DNA of 64,000 bases from an uncultured Candidatus Binatia bacterium (GCA_965218425.1 OZ244621.1:3872001-3936000), one strand, 5' to 3'; shown: positions 32,283 through 42,925, numbered from the stretch's first letter. Notes: generated from the letters alone by a model not told the origin. A program made the numbers and translations.

Positions 32283-33194
32283 ATGAAAATTCTTCGTTTT
32301 AACGACGACCGAGTCGGAGTACTAAAAAATGGAGACCGGGTGGTAGATATCAGCGACACCATTAAATACCGCATGGATAAAGGACCCCAAAGAGTCATCG
32401 AAGAAGTGATAGAGAATTTTGATTCCCGGCGTGGAGAGTATGAGAAAATCTTGAGTCGGGAATCCGGAGCCCCCTTGAGTAACGTCAAGCTCTTGGTACC
32501 CATACCCCGCCCCAGCAAATGCCTTGCGGCCTTTTCAAACTACGCCGACAGCCCCGATCGAAAACCAGCCGCCATGTATAATGAGTACTTCCACAAGGCC
32601 CCGGAATTGCTTGGCCCCGAGGGCACCGTTCAATTATTAGATATTCCTCCAGTAGCCGTATTCCAACCCGAAGCAGAGTTGGCCTTTGTGATAGGCGAGC
32701 ACGCAAAAAACGTAAAGGAAGCAGATTCCATGAACTATGTATTCGGCTACATGCCCTTCGTGGATATCTCAGCACGGGGCTTGGTCCGGCGTACTCAGTT
32801 TATTCCCAAGGGACAGGACACCTACGGTCCCTGCGGACCTTGGATCACCACCAGGGACGAGGTTCCGGACCCCCACGACGTCATAGTAAAATCCTGGGTT
32901 AACGGTCAACCCAGGCAGGACTACAACACAAAGTACATGATTCACAGTATTCCCGATCAGATTGCCTGGCTCACCAAGCATATCCAGCTTCAGCCCGCAG
33001 ATGTCATCACCACCGGAACGTTCCACGTGGGTCTCGGTCCTGTTAACGACGGGGACGTGCTGGAAATTGAGATCGTAAACATGGGTAAGGCGCGATTTTT
33101 TATCAAGGGTCAAGGGGCGCGCAAAGAAACGGAATGGTTACCGGGAAAATCTCAGCCCACGAAGCCCACGGAAGGCTCCATGCACAAGGTTTAA
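32283..33194 (+). CDS. Fumarylacetoacetate hydrolase-family protein
   Basis: EAELAFVIG, YVFGY..DISAR, KGQDTYGPCGPWITT, DVITTGT. Confidence 0.9.
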   Translation: MKILRFNDDRVGVLKNGDRVVDISDTIKYRMDKGPQRVIEEVIENFDSRRGEYEKILSRESGAPLSNVKLLVPIPRPSKCLAAFSNYADSPDRKPAAMYNEYFHKAPELLGPEGTVQLLDIPPVAVFQPEAELAFVIGEHAKNVKEADSMNYVFGYMPFVDISARGLVRRTQFIPKGQDTYGPCGPWITTRDEVPDPHDVIVKSWVNGQPRQDYNTKYMIHSIPDQIAWLTKHIQLQPADVITTGTFHVGLGPVNDGDVLEIEIVNMGKARFFIKGQGARKETEWLPGKSQPTKPTEGSMHKV

Positions 33195-33468
33195 GAACGG
33201 ATCGCTGCTTACGAGGAATGGGATAAAAGACTACTCGCGCGAATACGCAAAGTACGCCAAGGTAAGAATTTTCGCTCAACCGGGAGACGAGCATTAAGCA
33301 AAGGCCTTAGCTTTCTGAAGAGCTAAGTTTTTGTCTGTCGATGTCTCCCGACAAACAAAAACTTAATTCTCTGCGCCTCTGCGATGAATCAATAATTGTG
33401 TCCGCGTTAATCTTCGTCTAATAACTCATTGCGGGCTTGGAGTCTTGGCGCGAAAAATCCTGTCAAAG

Positions 33469-34506
33469 TCATTCTGCCTTGGTTGGCCGCAGCTTGAGCA
33501 GCCTACTAGCATTACCACGTAGTATCAACTGCTTATCGTTATCTTTGCAATCTAACGCATCAACTTTCTCAACCCCCATCCAGTCGCCCAGAACGTAGGG
33601 ATAGTCAGTCCCAACCATTAAACGTTCGCAGCCCACGATCCGCCTCAGGTATTCGAGGGTGTCTACGCGGTAAACCAATGTATCGAAGTAGAGATTCTTC
33701 AAGTAAGCACGAGGGGCACTGGCAGCCGTTGCTTTATGGGCCTTGGATTGCACTTCAAAGCCGTGATCAAACCGGCCTAAATGATACGGAAAGAAGCCGC
33801 CACCATGCAGTACACAGATTTTTAAATTAGGAAAGCGATCAAAGACTCCACCATAAATAAGATAGCCCAATGACAACGTTGTATCTGCCGGATTGCCGCA
33901 AACCAGCCGTAACTGCATGGATCCCATTCGCTCCGTACCCGCTACATTGTCGGGGTGCATTACCACGAGGGTATCGAGTTCCTGTGCCTTGGCCCAGAAG
34001 GGTTCAAACTCTTTCCCATGGTAGTACTGACCATTACAGTTCGTGGAAATCATGGCGCCGGAGAGTCTCAAATCCCGAATGGCGGATTCTAAGACCGCGG
34101 CCGCACGGGGCGGGTCCTGCATTGGTACTGCGGCCATGGCCGTAAAGCGGTCTTTTTTTTGTTCCACAAGCTCCTTGAGTCCTTGGTTGTACAGGCGGCA
34201 CCATGACTCACCCTTTTCCCCATCAAGAGGATATCCAAGAGCGCCTGTGTTAGCTTCAGCTGCGGCCAGGGCCACCCTCCCCTTATCCATGACCGCGAGC
34301 CGCTGATCCAACTCCAAGAGACCAGGCTCGACATTTAGAACCTTTTTTCCTGAGAACGAAACTCTTACGCTCCCTCCTTCCTGAACCGACGCCTCCACCC
34401 CTAGTGCTTTTCCATGCTTGCTAACCTCGTTCACCAATCCGGGGGGAAAATAGTGATGATGAATATCGATGGCTCGGGAAATTGTTGTTATTGTTTGAGA
34501 TTCCAT
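33469..34506 (-). CDS. Amidohydrolase_2 family (ACMSD-like decarboxylase/hydratase)
   Basis: IDIHHH, VMHP, FDRFPNLK..HGGG, GTDYPY. Confidence 0.88.
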   Translation of the reverse strand: MESQTITTISRAIDIHHHYFPPGLVNEVSKHGKALGVEASVQEGGSVRVSFSGKKVLNVEPGLLELDQRLAVMDKGRVALAAAEANTGALGYPLDGEKGESWCRLYNQGLKELVEQKKDRFTAMAAVPMQDPPRAAAVLESAIRDLRLSGAMISTNCNGQYYHGKEFEPFWAKAQELDTLVVMHPDNVAGTERMGSMQLRLVCGNPADTTLSLGYLIYGGVFDRFPNLKICVLHGGGFFPYHLGRFDHGFEVQSKAHKATAASAPRAYLKNLYFDTLVYRVDTLEYLRRIVGCERLMVGTDYPYVLGDWMGVEKVDALDCKDNDKQLILRGNASRLLKLRPTKAE

Positions 34507-34515
34507 TTTACTCCT

Positions 34516-35667
34516 TTAACAGACAACCCATTCCCGGGGGAATTCATTTAGCGTTTCAAGGCCGTCTTTTCGCACTACCAAGGTCTCGCCAAACTGCAGA
34601 CCCATCTTTTCATCTTGAGTAATAACATTGGGTTGGATGACAATGGCCATTCCCTCACGAAAGACCATGTCGCCGCTATTATGACGCTTGCCGCTCTTTG
34701 TCTGGATGATGGGTGGATACTGGCTGGCCCCATGGAGCAAGTCATCGTAAATGTTGTAACCGAACCGGTGAATCACTTCTGAAACTTCCTCCACCTCCCG
34801 CGTAGAAGTTCCGTCTTTAATCACCTCGGCAATGGCGTCGAAAGCTGCAACTGCCGCGGCATGAAGACCAACCCACTCCTCTGTCGGACCCTCACCTAAC
34901 GAGAAGGTACGATGGATTTGCCCCGTATACCCCCAGTAGCCGCCGCTGATCTCCGTTATGAGGCAATCGCCGCGTTGAAGCCGACGTTTGGAATGGTACT
35001 GCGCCGGAACCGGGAAGTGCGGCGCTCCCATGGGCATACTGGTCATAAAGTGAATGCCTGCGTATCCACCGGCCTTTAGATAGACCGGCTCCAGCAGCGC
35101 CGGAAGCTCATCTTCCCGAATGCCCTCCTTGAGGCCTTTTGCCAACTCTCGGAGGGAATCGTCAGTAAGCTTAGAGGCAACGCGTAGACGATCGATCTCA
35201 GCCTCGCTCTTAATGGTCCGAAGCATCCTGAACTTACCGCCGACATCAATTAACTCGGCCTGGGGAAATCGCTCCCGCATCTTTAGATAATGCCGATACG
35301 GTATACTACCAACCAGGCCGATCTTCTTCCCCCCCAATCCCCGTTCCCTGACCAGCTCGATCATGGTCTCACTGGTATCAGCACCGGCCCAGCGGACATC
35401 CGGCAACACAGAAAGGACCCGTGCCATGGGCACGTGGTTGTAGAGTTGCACAAGAACCACAGGTTCTTGATCCTTTTGAAAGAGTACATAGGACTCACGC
35501 CCCCCGGGCCAGTCGGTTAGCCAGTAAACCTCAGCAGCATACTTGCTGCCGGCAGTGTAAAACAGGATGGCCTCAACACCGGCCTCGTCCATTAACGCTT
35601 TCACTTTTGTATGGCGTTGGGCCATCTCCTCATCAGTGAATCTGGGAAATTGTGAGGGGTTACGCAT
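34516..35667 (-). CDS. M24 (pita-bread fold) protein, creatinase/Xaa-Pro peptidase-like
   Basis: LRTIKSEAEI, RRLQRGD, GYTGQIHRTF, FREGMAIVIQPN. Confidence 0.8.
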   Translation of the reverse strand: MRNPSQFPRFTDEEMAQRHTKVKALMDEAGVEAILFYTAGSKYAAEVYWLTDWPGGRESYVLFQKDQEPVVLVQLYNHVPMARVLSVLPDVRWAGADTSETMIELVRERGLGGKKIGLVGSIPYRHYLKMRERFPQAELIDVGGKFRMLRTIKSEAEIDRLRVASKLTDDSLRELAKGLKEGIREDELPALLEPVYLKAGGYAGIHFMTSMPMGAPHFPVPAQYHSKRRLQRGDCLITEISGGYWGYTGQIHRTFSLGEGPTEEWVGLHAAAVAAFDAIAEVIKDGTSTREVEEVSEVIHRFGYNIYDDLLHGASQYPPIIQTKSGKRHNSGDMVFREGMAIVIQPNVITQDEKMGLQFGETLVVRKDGLETLNEFPREWVVC

Positions 35668-35811
35668 GCCAGCACCTCCGTCCAGTGAACCTATTGATTC
35701 CCCTACATGACGAATCCATCATGATCGTTAGAGATACTATGGAAAGACAGAAAACTTAGCAAGGGTGGACAATATTGTTGAGAATAGCATTCCGCACCTC
35801 CGTCATCCGCC

Positions 35812-36918
35812 TGAACTGGATCAAACACATGTGAGACAGATTTAAGCTACAAAGGAGGGGTTTTGTAAGTATAAAGAAAGGACCCCTCCATGAGCTACTT
35901 TGGACTGAACTGGCAATTTAACTGGGCTTGCCGTCATCTCCACACTAACCTCTCGCCCAAAGAGCGCGATCGACTTAGAGCCCTCCTTCTGTGGCAGGAG
36001 ACCAAAGACATAAAGCTTACCTACCGCACTTTTGACCTGAGCCGACCCACTGTTTACCTCCGGCTCCAACGCTTTGATCCCAACGACCTCGGCTCCCTTC
36101 GAGAGCGTTCTCGCAAACCGCACCGGTTCACACAGCCCCAATGGCCCCTGGCCCTCAAGCAGGCAATACTACGCTTAACAGAGCAATATCCCCGCTGGGG
36201 TAAAAACAAACTCGTAGTGCTACTTCAAAACGAAGGCTTTGAGGTCTGTGCTCCTACCGTGGGCCGTATTCTCAGCTCTGTCAGGCAGCGCGGACAACTC
36301 ATAGAGCCAAAACCCCAAGCTATCTCCACAAAAAGACGGCGTAAGCTAAGACCCTACGCTATCGGTAAACCCAAAGACTATCAGCCCCTTTACCCTGGCG
36401 ACCTGGTTCAAATCGACACCCTCGACATCGGTCCCGTGCCAGGCGTGATCCTCAAACAGTTCACTGCCCGCGATGTGGTCTCGCGCTGGGACGTACTCAA
36501 AGTTCATCGTCAAGCTAGCGCCCCCCTAGCCGCCTCGTTCATCGATACCATCAAGGCTCGTATGCCCTTTGCCGTACGTGCCTTTCAGGTCGATGGAGGC
36601 TCAGAGTTGTTCTCTGACTTTGAGACCCACTGCCAACAACATGGCATCCGGTTGTTCGTCGTGGGGCCTAAAAGTCCTAAGCTCAATGGTGCTGTGCAAC
36701 GGGCTAACCGTACTCACACTGAGGAGTTCTATGAGGTCCAACAGTGTGCTTGGACCGTTGAGGCTCTTAACCAACAACTGCTCGAATGGGAACGGACCTA
36801 CAATACGGTACGGCCCCACCAGGCACTTAATTACTTAACTCCCTTGCAATATCTCCAAGACCGAGGCATCGTATCCTCCAAAAATCCCTCCCTGTCTCAT
36901 ATGTACTGATCCACTACG
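35812..36918 (+). mobile_element. IS481-family element (transposase 35890-36909)
   Basis: Imperfect IRs TGAACTGGATCAAACACATGTGAGACAG / CTGTCTCATATGTACTGATCCACTACG; CCGCC direct repeat on both flanks; PGDLVQIDT, QVDGGSE, YNTVRPHQAL. Confidence 0.85.
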
Positions 36919-36923
36919 CCGCC

Positions 36924-36953
36924 TTGACAAGCTCCGCACACTTGGGCTAGTTT
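36924..36953 (+). promoter_or_regulatory. Possible sigma70 promoter of the aldolase-cupin-eutA unit
   Basis: TTGACA, 18-nt spacer, TAGTTT. Confidence 0.3.
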
Positions 36954-37034
36954 CCATTGCATCGCGTCTCTAACCTGTGAAAACATGTCCTACAAACCAT
37001 AAAGTCTAGGGTTTAAAAGAATAGGAGGTTCTCT

Positions 37035-37997
37035 ATGCTATCCCCAAAAGATCTCAGCGGAGTATTGGGAATGATGCCGTCCTTTGCCACTGAAGATGCG
37101 GTGGACATTCGTGCTACCCAAACCATTGCCGTTGACAACCTCAAAGAAGGCGTGGACCGAATTATCAAAGACGGCATTGGTCTCATCGCCACCACTGGCA
37201 CCTATGGCGAATGCTACAACCTACTCTTCGAGGAATTCAAAACCCTCACGGTAGCCACTGTGCAGAGCGTCAAGAAGCGAGTTCCCCTTTTTATTGGTTG
37301 CACGAGCCCCAACCCACGCGAGGTGGTGCAGAAAATGAACTTCGTGAAAGACTCCGGGGCCGATGGAGTCCTTCTGGGCGTGCCGTATTACGAGACCCTC
37401 CCGGTTCCCGATGCCATTCAATTCTACCATGACATCGCAGAACTGTTCCCAACGCTAAATATCTTGATATACCACAACCCGGACAATCATCATTTTACGA
37501 TGCCCGTAGCAGCCTTCAAAGAGCTCACAAAAAACCCCACCATCATCGGCATGAAGGACAGCCACAGGACCACTGCGGCCTTTATGAACCTGCAGCGCAT
37601 CATCAAGGGTAAAATCAGTCACTTCGTCAACCAATCCCAACTCTATCCCTATTACAAAATGGGCGCGGTGGGATGTTGGTCTACGGACGCTTGGATGGGA
37701 CCATGGCCGCTGCTCCACCTCATAAGTCTCCTTGGGCACGGGGACGAGGAACAGGCCCAGCAAGTCCTCGCTGAAATCGTGGGCGAAGGGGCTGGTGGTA
37801 AGCCAAGACCCGGTGAGGGCACCAAACGTCCGCAACAGTATTCCGATTACTGCAAGGTGGGCCCCACCCGGGTTCCGTTCCTCCACTTTCCCGAAGCGCA
37901 AATAGAGAAGGCAAAGAGACAAGCGGCCCACTGGAAGAAATTGTGTGACAAATACCGCCCCCTGGTGGAAGCAGAGAGAGGCCGTCCCGCGGCGTAA
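37035..37997 (+). CDS. DHDPS/NAL-family hydratase-aldolase (NahE/PhdJ-like)
   Basis: TTGTYGEC (GxxGE motif of NahE-like enzymes), GADGVLLGVPYY, IYHNP, Schiff-base GMKDS. Confidence 0.8.
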   Translation: MLSPKDLSGVLGMMPSFATEDAVDIRATQTIAVDNLKEGVDRIIKDGIGLIATTGTYGECYNLLFEEFKTLTVATVQSVKKRVPLFIGCTSPNPREVVQKMNFVKDSGADGVLLGVPYYETLPVPDAIQFYHDIAELFPTLNILIYHNPDNHHFTMPVAAFKELTKNPTIIGMKDSHRTTAAFMNLQRIIKGKISHFVNQSQLYPYYKMGAVGCWSTDAWMGPWPLLHLISLLGHGDEEQAQQVLAEIVGEGAGGKPRPGEGTKRPQQYSDYCKVGPTRVPFLHFPEAQIEKAKRQAAHWKKLCDKYRPLVEAERGRPAA

Positions 37998-38078
37998 ATT
38001 GTACGGGCATCGCGCTCCCCCGTGCCGCTTTTCCGGGTACGGGGGGCGAGTCTGGACTGAGTCCAATAGGAAAGAGAG

Positions 38079-39101
38079 ATGGAAACCACCTTCTTCGGTA
38101 ACGCCATTGGTGAGGCCTATAAGCTCGGCAAACAAGAACAGGAGCGGCGAAAAAACTCGCCGGTGCTTGTGAAGTGGCCGGACATCCAAAGGCAACTCGC
38201 TGATAGCAAACATGTTTACGTGATCGATCCGCGGTTAGGCTTCAACAATAGGACCCACCGGCTGTGGTATGACCGGATACCGCCGGAAAGCGAAGACGGC
38301 CAGGAATGGAAGTACATGGGCCACCGCCACACCGTGGAGGCCGTCATTTATTTTCTCAAAGGTCACGGCCATAGTATCATCGACGGCGTTCGTTACGACT
38401 GGGAAGCGGGTGACCTGCTCTCCGTGCCCATGTTCTCATGGCATCGGCACATCAATGACGGTAAGGAGGAAGTCCTCCGCATCGCATCCACCACCAACCC
38501 TCTTTCCATTTCTCTGGGTCAGGCAGTGTACGAAGACGAGCGGCATCCCGAGTTCTGGGTGTTCGCCCAGGAAGGCGAGGACGCCCAAAAAACCTTGATC
38601 CCGGGCGGAGCCGGCGATGCCGGCACGGTGGATGGATCAACGGATACTGGAGCAGCGAAGCTCTACGCTGAACAGGTGGGCTTCGCCATGAAGGAGGAAA
38701 AACTGCGACGCGCGAGCAAGGTGTTGGTTAAAAAGGACGACGTTAAACCGCAACCCACCGCCATGGGCAACCTGGCCTACGTCGTAGACCCCCGCATCGG
38801 TTTCCACTCCAAGGCACTGGCCGTGGTGGCGGCGGAAATTCCCCCTGGCAAGCGATCGGGAGCCCACCGCCACCTGTACGATGAGATTGATCTCGTGGAA
38901 AAGGGGCAAGGACGGATCGTAGTGAACGATAAGGAGTACGAGTTCAGCGCAGGGGATGTCCTCTCAATCCCAGTCTTCGCCTGGCATCAATACTTCAATA
39001 CCGGCAAAAAGCCGTTGCGGATCGTTGGCATCAGCACCAGACCGGCACTGGAAAACCTGGGTCTGGTTCTAACACACCAGGGGGAGCTGGCGGACCATTA
39101 A
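38079..39101 (+). CDS. Bicupin protein (gentisate-dioxygenase-like fold)
   Basis: GHRHTVEA...WHRHIN and GAHRHLYDE...WHQYFN. Confidence 0.82.
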   Translation: METTFFGNAIGEAYKLGKQEQERRKNSPVLVKWPDIQRQLADSKHVYVIDPRLGFNNRTHRLWYDRIPPESEDGQEWKYMGHRHTVEAVIYFLKGHGHSIIDGVRYDWEAGDLLSVPMFSWHRHINDGKEEVLRIASTTNPLSISLGQAVYEDERHPEFWVFAQEGEDAQKTLIPGGAGDAGTVDGSTDTGAAKLYAEQVGFAMKEEKLRRASKVLVKKDDVKPQPTAMGNLAYVVDPRIGFHSKALAVVAAEIPPGKRSGAHRHLYDEIDLVEKGQGRIVVNDKEYEFSAGDVLSIPVFAWHQYFNTGKKPLRIVGISTRPALENLGLVLTHQGELADH

Positions 39102-39179
39102 ACAGCGCCATCGACAGGAACGGCAATCTACGGTTTCCACCCCCCTTGGACCCGATTGATCCGAGTGCCCCAGCAAACC

Positions 39180-40697
39180 ATGGCTCATCACGAACACGCA
39201 AACCACAAGCACACCCATGACTCGGAACATGACCATGGCGGGGACCACGAGCACCATGGGGACCATGACCACATTGATCTGACCAACGCCACGAAGCTGC
39301 GCAGCATTGGCATCGATATCGGGTCAGCTACGTCCCACTTCGTTGTATCAGACATCTTCGTGGGAAAGCGCGATCCTGTGTTGGCGCAGAAGCCCGAGGT
39401 GCTAAAACGGCAACTGGTCTACCAATCCCCTATCCTGTTTACGCCCTTTAGCGACCGGACCACCATCGATGCAAAAGAGTTGGAACGATTTCTAGTGGAT
39501 CAGTGCGCTTTGGCTAATTTAAATCTTGAAGATATGGACACGGGCGCCTTGATCTGTACAGGGGAGGCAGCCCGCAAAGAGAATGCGGGAGCTATCAGCG
39601 AGCGTCTCTCCATGATGAGTGGGAAGTTTGTATGCGCTACGGCGGGTCATCATCTGGAGGCCGTGCTGGGCGCCTACGGTTCCGGCTCGATCATGCTTAG
39701 CAAGGCTGTGCCGGGGCACGTGGTCTCCCTTGATACGGGCGGTGGGACGGCCAAGCGGACCCTCATGTACGACGGCAAGGTCCTTCATACATCCGCGCTA
39801 AACATCGGATCCCGGCTTATTGCGTGGGACCAGCACGGCAGGGTGAACCACTTGGACCACGCAGGAGCTTTGGTGGCGAGAGAAATTGGCCTGGAACCGA
39901 GATTAGGTGAGAGCCTCAACGAAAGCCATCAACAAGCCATCGCCGAACGAATGGCGGACTGTCTCATTGAGTTTATTGGCTTCGAACCCATGGGCGACCT
40001 TGCTCAGGACCTTTTTTTGACGGAGACCCCTCCTCCACCTCTTTCCTCCCAGTTTTCTCTCACGGTGGTGGGAGGGCTGTCGGAGTACTTCTACGGGCGA
40101 GAGACGTCCCCAAAGGGTGATCTGGGCCTGTGGATAAGCCAGGCCCTGCGCAAGAAGCTCCGCCAACGTATCCCGGAGAGTGCTATTTTAACGCCTGAAA
40201 ATGGAATTCGGGCAACGGTCATTGGAGCCGGGCAGTTCAGCATGCAGGTGAGCGGTGAAACCATCTGGACGGACTCGAACCTAAAGCCGCCGTTGCGCAA
40301 TATTCCGGTTTATACCGTTCCCCTAGACTGGACCGACCTCCAACCCCAATCAGTCCATAGGATTTTAACCAATGTCATGGCGAGGGTGGATCCCCAGGAG
40401 ATCTGTAGTCTTGCCTTTAGCAAAGCCCCTTACTTCGGATACGGCATCGTATACAAGCTCGCCGAAGCCCTTGCCTATTCGCTCCAGCACTTGGAACGGA
40501 AACAAGGTCTTGTGTTTGTGTTCCACGAAAACTTCGGACGTGCGGCGGGAATCACTTTTTCCCGATTCATGCCGGGTCTTCCGGTTCTGTGCGTTGATGA
40601 AATAGATGTGGGAGACCTGGATTACCTGGACATCGGCGAACCTCCTGAAGGAGATGAGTTCCTTCCAGTGGTGGTGAAGAGCCTCGTTTTTTCGTAA
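39180..40697 (+). CDS. eutA: EutA-like ASKHA ATPase (reactivating-factor family) with His-rich N-terminus
   Basis: SIGIDIGSATSH, YQSPILFTPF, DTGALICTGEAARKENA, FVCATAGHHLEA, DTGGGT, IRATVIGAG, LPVVVKSLVF. Confidence 0.88.
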   Translation: MAHHEHANHKHTHDSEHDHGGDHEHHGDHDHIDLTNATKLRSIGIDIGSATSHFVVSDIFVGKRDPVLAQKPEVLKRQLVYQSPILFTPFSDRTTIDAKELERFLVDQCALANLNLEDMDTGALICTGEAARKENAGAISERLSMMSGKFVCATAGHHLEAVLGAYGSGSIMLSKAVPGHVVSLDTGGGTAKRTLMYDGKVLHTSALNIGSRLIAWDQHGRVNHLDHAGALVAREIGLEPRLGESLNESHQQAIAERMADCLIEFIGFEPMGDLAQDLFLTETPPPPLSSQFSLTVVGGLSEYFYGRETSPKGDLGLWISQALRKKLRQRIPESAILTPENGIRATVIGAGQFSMQVSGETIWTDSNLKPPLRNIPVYTVPLDWTDLQPQSVHRILTNVMARVDPQEICSLAFSKAPYFGYGIVYKLAEALAYSLQHLERKQGLVFVFHENFGRAAGITFSRFMPGLPVLCVDEIDVGDLDYLDIGEPPEGDEFLPVVVKSLVFS

Positions 40698-40733
40698 CCA
40701 AGTCCTGTTTACTATTGAGCTGTCAATAACAAC

Positions 40734-41930
40734 CTAATGCACAGCCATGGCGTCCCCTGCTCCCGCTTGCCTACCAAGACCTAGAGATTCGTCCAGGTGA
40801 AAAAACTTCACGGCGTTGCCGGCCAGCATGAGGTGGCGCTCCTCAGGGGACACACCGGCGAAGCACTTTTCGATGCCCTTGTGCGAGTGCGGCCATTCGC
40901 TTGCCGCATGGGCAAAATCGCTGCCCCACATAACATGGTGAACCCCCACAGCCTGGCGCGTGCTAACGCCCACCGGGTCGTACAAAAATCCCCAGAGGCT
41001 ATTCTCCCGGAGATAGTGACTCAGGGGGCGCTTAGGAAACTCAAGCCCCCACAGAGCCCTCATCATGTGACCGTAGCGCTCATGGTGGTCATCGATTTGC
41101 CACAGGGCAAAGGGCAGGCAACCGATCTGTGTTTCCGCCCAGTAAATTTGAAGATCTGGGAAACGGTCGAATACCCCGGCAAACGCCATCTGAACCGGAG
41201 CGAAGGCCGCGTCTCCACAGAAGCGGAAGAGCTGTTCGGAGAGGGGGTCGCGGACTCCACCCCGCTTCGGGTATTGGAATACCGGGCCCTGCCTTGAAAA
41301 CCTTGTGGAACCCCCGTTGGAATGGGAGGTCACCGGCATGCGAAGATCCATGGCCGCGGACCAGAACCGGTCGTCTTCCTGTGTGGGATGACCCTTACCG
41401 TTGGGAAACATGTCGAGCTGCACACCTTTCAATCCGGCGCGCGCGCAATACTCCAATTCCGCTACCGCATCATCTATGCGGGTGATGGGAATGACACCCA
41501 TGGCCATCAATCGGTCCGGGGCGGTGGCACAGTACTCCTCCGCGAGGAACTCGTTGTAAGCGTGGTTCAGGGCCAGGTAACCCGCATCCTCCCTGATCCC
41601 GCGGATGATTCCTATGCGGGAAAACATGACCTCTGCTTTCACCCCGTCCTGGTCTTGTTCCCGCAGTCGCTTCTCCGCGCTCCCAGTCCCGGCACTTTTT
41701 TCAAAAGTGGGGACCTGAAGATGAAGTTCCTCGTGGGGCACACCTACGCTCCGGGTGAGACCGATACGGGCAAGGGGCCGGTTCTCCATGATGACCGCGT
41801 CTTCTCCGCTGTCTAACCGGACGCGCCTGGGTGCCCGGTCGCGCCATTTGGTCGGAACACGGTGGGTCCAGCGGTCCGGGGAGAGGTCCAAATGCGAATC
41901 CGCGGAGATCACGTTATAGCGACGTGGCAT
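40734..41930 (-). CDS. Amidohydrolase_2 family protein
   Basis: ISADSH, EQDQDGV..EV, GVFDRFPDL, WGSDFAH. Confidence 0.88.
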   Translation of the reverse strand: MPRRYNVISADSHLDLSPDRWTHRVPTKWRDRAPRRVRLDSGEDAVIMENRPLARIGLTRSVGVPHEELHLQVPTFEKSAGTGSAEKRLREQDQDGVKAEVMFSRIGIIRGIREDAGYLALNHAYNEFLAEEYCATAPDRLMAMGVIPITRIDDAVAELEYCARAGLKGVQLDMFPNGKGHPTQEDDRFWSAAMDLRMPVTSHSNGGSTRFSRQGPVFQYPKRGGVRDPLSEQLFRFCGDAAFAPVQMAFAGVFDRFPDLQIYWAETQIGCLPFALWQIDDHHERYGHMMRALWGLEFPKRPLSHYLRENSLWGFLYDPVGVSTRQAVGVHHVMWGSDFAHAASEWPHSHKGIEKCFAGVSPEERHLMLAGNAVKFFHLDESLGLGRQAGAGDAMAVH

Positions 41931-41971
41931 GAAAAATTCCTCCTGGTTTTAACTCCAACGCGCTTCGGGAG

Positions 41972-42925
41972 CTACACACCCGGCAGGGCGGCAGCCTCGG
42001 GATGCAAGAGAGTATTGAAGTCATACTTCGTAGGTGTGACTCCAAACTGATGAGCGAATGACATCATGGCTTCCAGCGAACGCACGTTGTTATCCACGTT
42101 ATAAGACCAGTAGTTCTCTCCCATGACCGCTCGCTGCTCGTCCATGAGGGCGGCTGCCCACGAAATGGTCAGGACCTCGGGGTCAGACCCGTAGATGCGG
42201 TTGAAGGCAACATCACGTGCCTGGCGGTACGCCTTCAGCAGGGCCACCGGCGCCTCTGGATGCTTGTTCACAAACTCCTGGGTCAACGACACCATGTGGC
42301 TGATGGGGAAGATGCCTGTTGCCTTAAAGTAGTTCTGTTCTTCCGTCTTGTAATCCCGAAAGAGGCGACGCACCCGTGGGTCGCGCCGGCTAACGGAGGG
42401 CAGGACGTTGGGGTCGATTACCGCATCCACCTCACCCTCCACCAACATGTTGTCCAGGGCGGCGTCGGCGGGCCTGGAAACCTTTGGCACGGCCTCGACC
42501 TTGATGCCTGGGGCCCAGCCATTCGCCTCTCGTCCCATCATAAACCAGTTGATCTTGGTGAGATCCACTTTGTAATAATTAAGCAGGGCGCCCCGGGCCC
42601 AGATACCGGCGGTACTGCTGACAAACACCCGCTTGCCCTCCAGGTCTTTTGGAGACTCAATCCCCGAACCGCTGTTCACATAGATATAAGCCAGGCGGAA
42701 TTTTCGGTTCGGGAACGCAGGTATGGATACATAGGGATGATCGCCCTTTGCTTTGGTTTGCATGAGTCCGCCAAAGCTCGCGTCCCATGCATCGATGAAC
42801 TCGGCCCCACGGAAGTTGCTGATCTCCAGGTCGAAGCCCTCAACTTTCACGGTCCCATCGACAAAGGGCCGGTTGGTATCGACCTCAGGTTCACGGAAAC
42901 CAAGTCGTAGCTTGGGGTTAGCCAT
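41972..42925 (-). CDS. 4,5-dihydroxyphthalate decarboxylase-like protein (PBP2 fold)
   Basis: DGTVKVEG, IPAFPNRKFR, PKDLEGKRV, YFKATGIFPISH. Confidence 0.78.
   Translation of the reverse strand: MANPKLRLGFREPEVDTNRPFVDGTVKVEGFDLEISNFRGAEFIDAWDASFGGLMQTKAKGDHPYVSIPAFPNRKFRLAYIYVNSGSGIESPKDLEGKRVFVSSTAGIWARGALLNYYKVDLTKINWFMMGREANGWAPGIKVEAVPKVSRPADAALDNMLVEGEVDAVIDPNVLPSVSRRDPRVRRLFRDYKTEEQNYFKATGIFPISHMVSLTQEFVNKHPEAPVALLKAYRQARDVAFNRIYGSDPEVLTISWAAALMDEQRAVMGENYWSYNVDNNVRSLEAMMSFAHQFGVTPTKYDFNTLLHPEAAALPGV

Noticed and set aside
39180..40697. Ethanolamine utilisation locus
   Set aside because: No eutB, eutC, shell or aldehyde dehydrogenase genes in the window.
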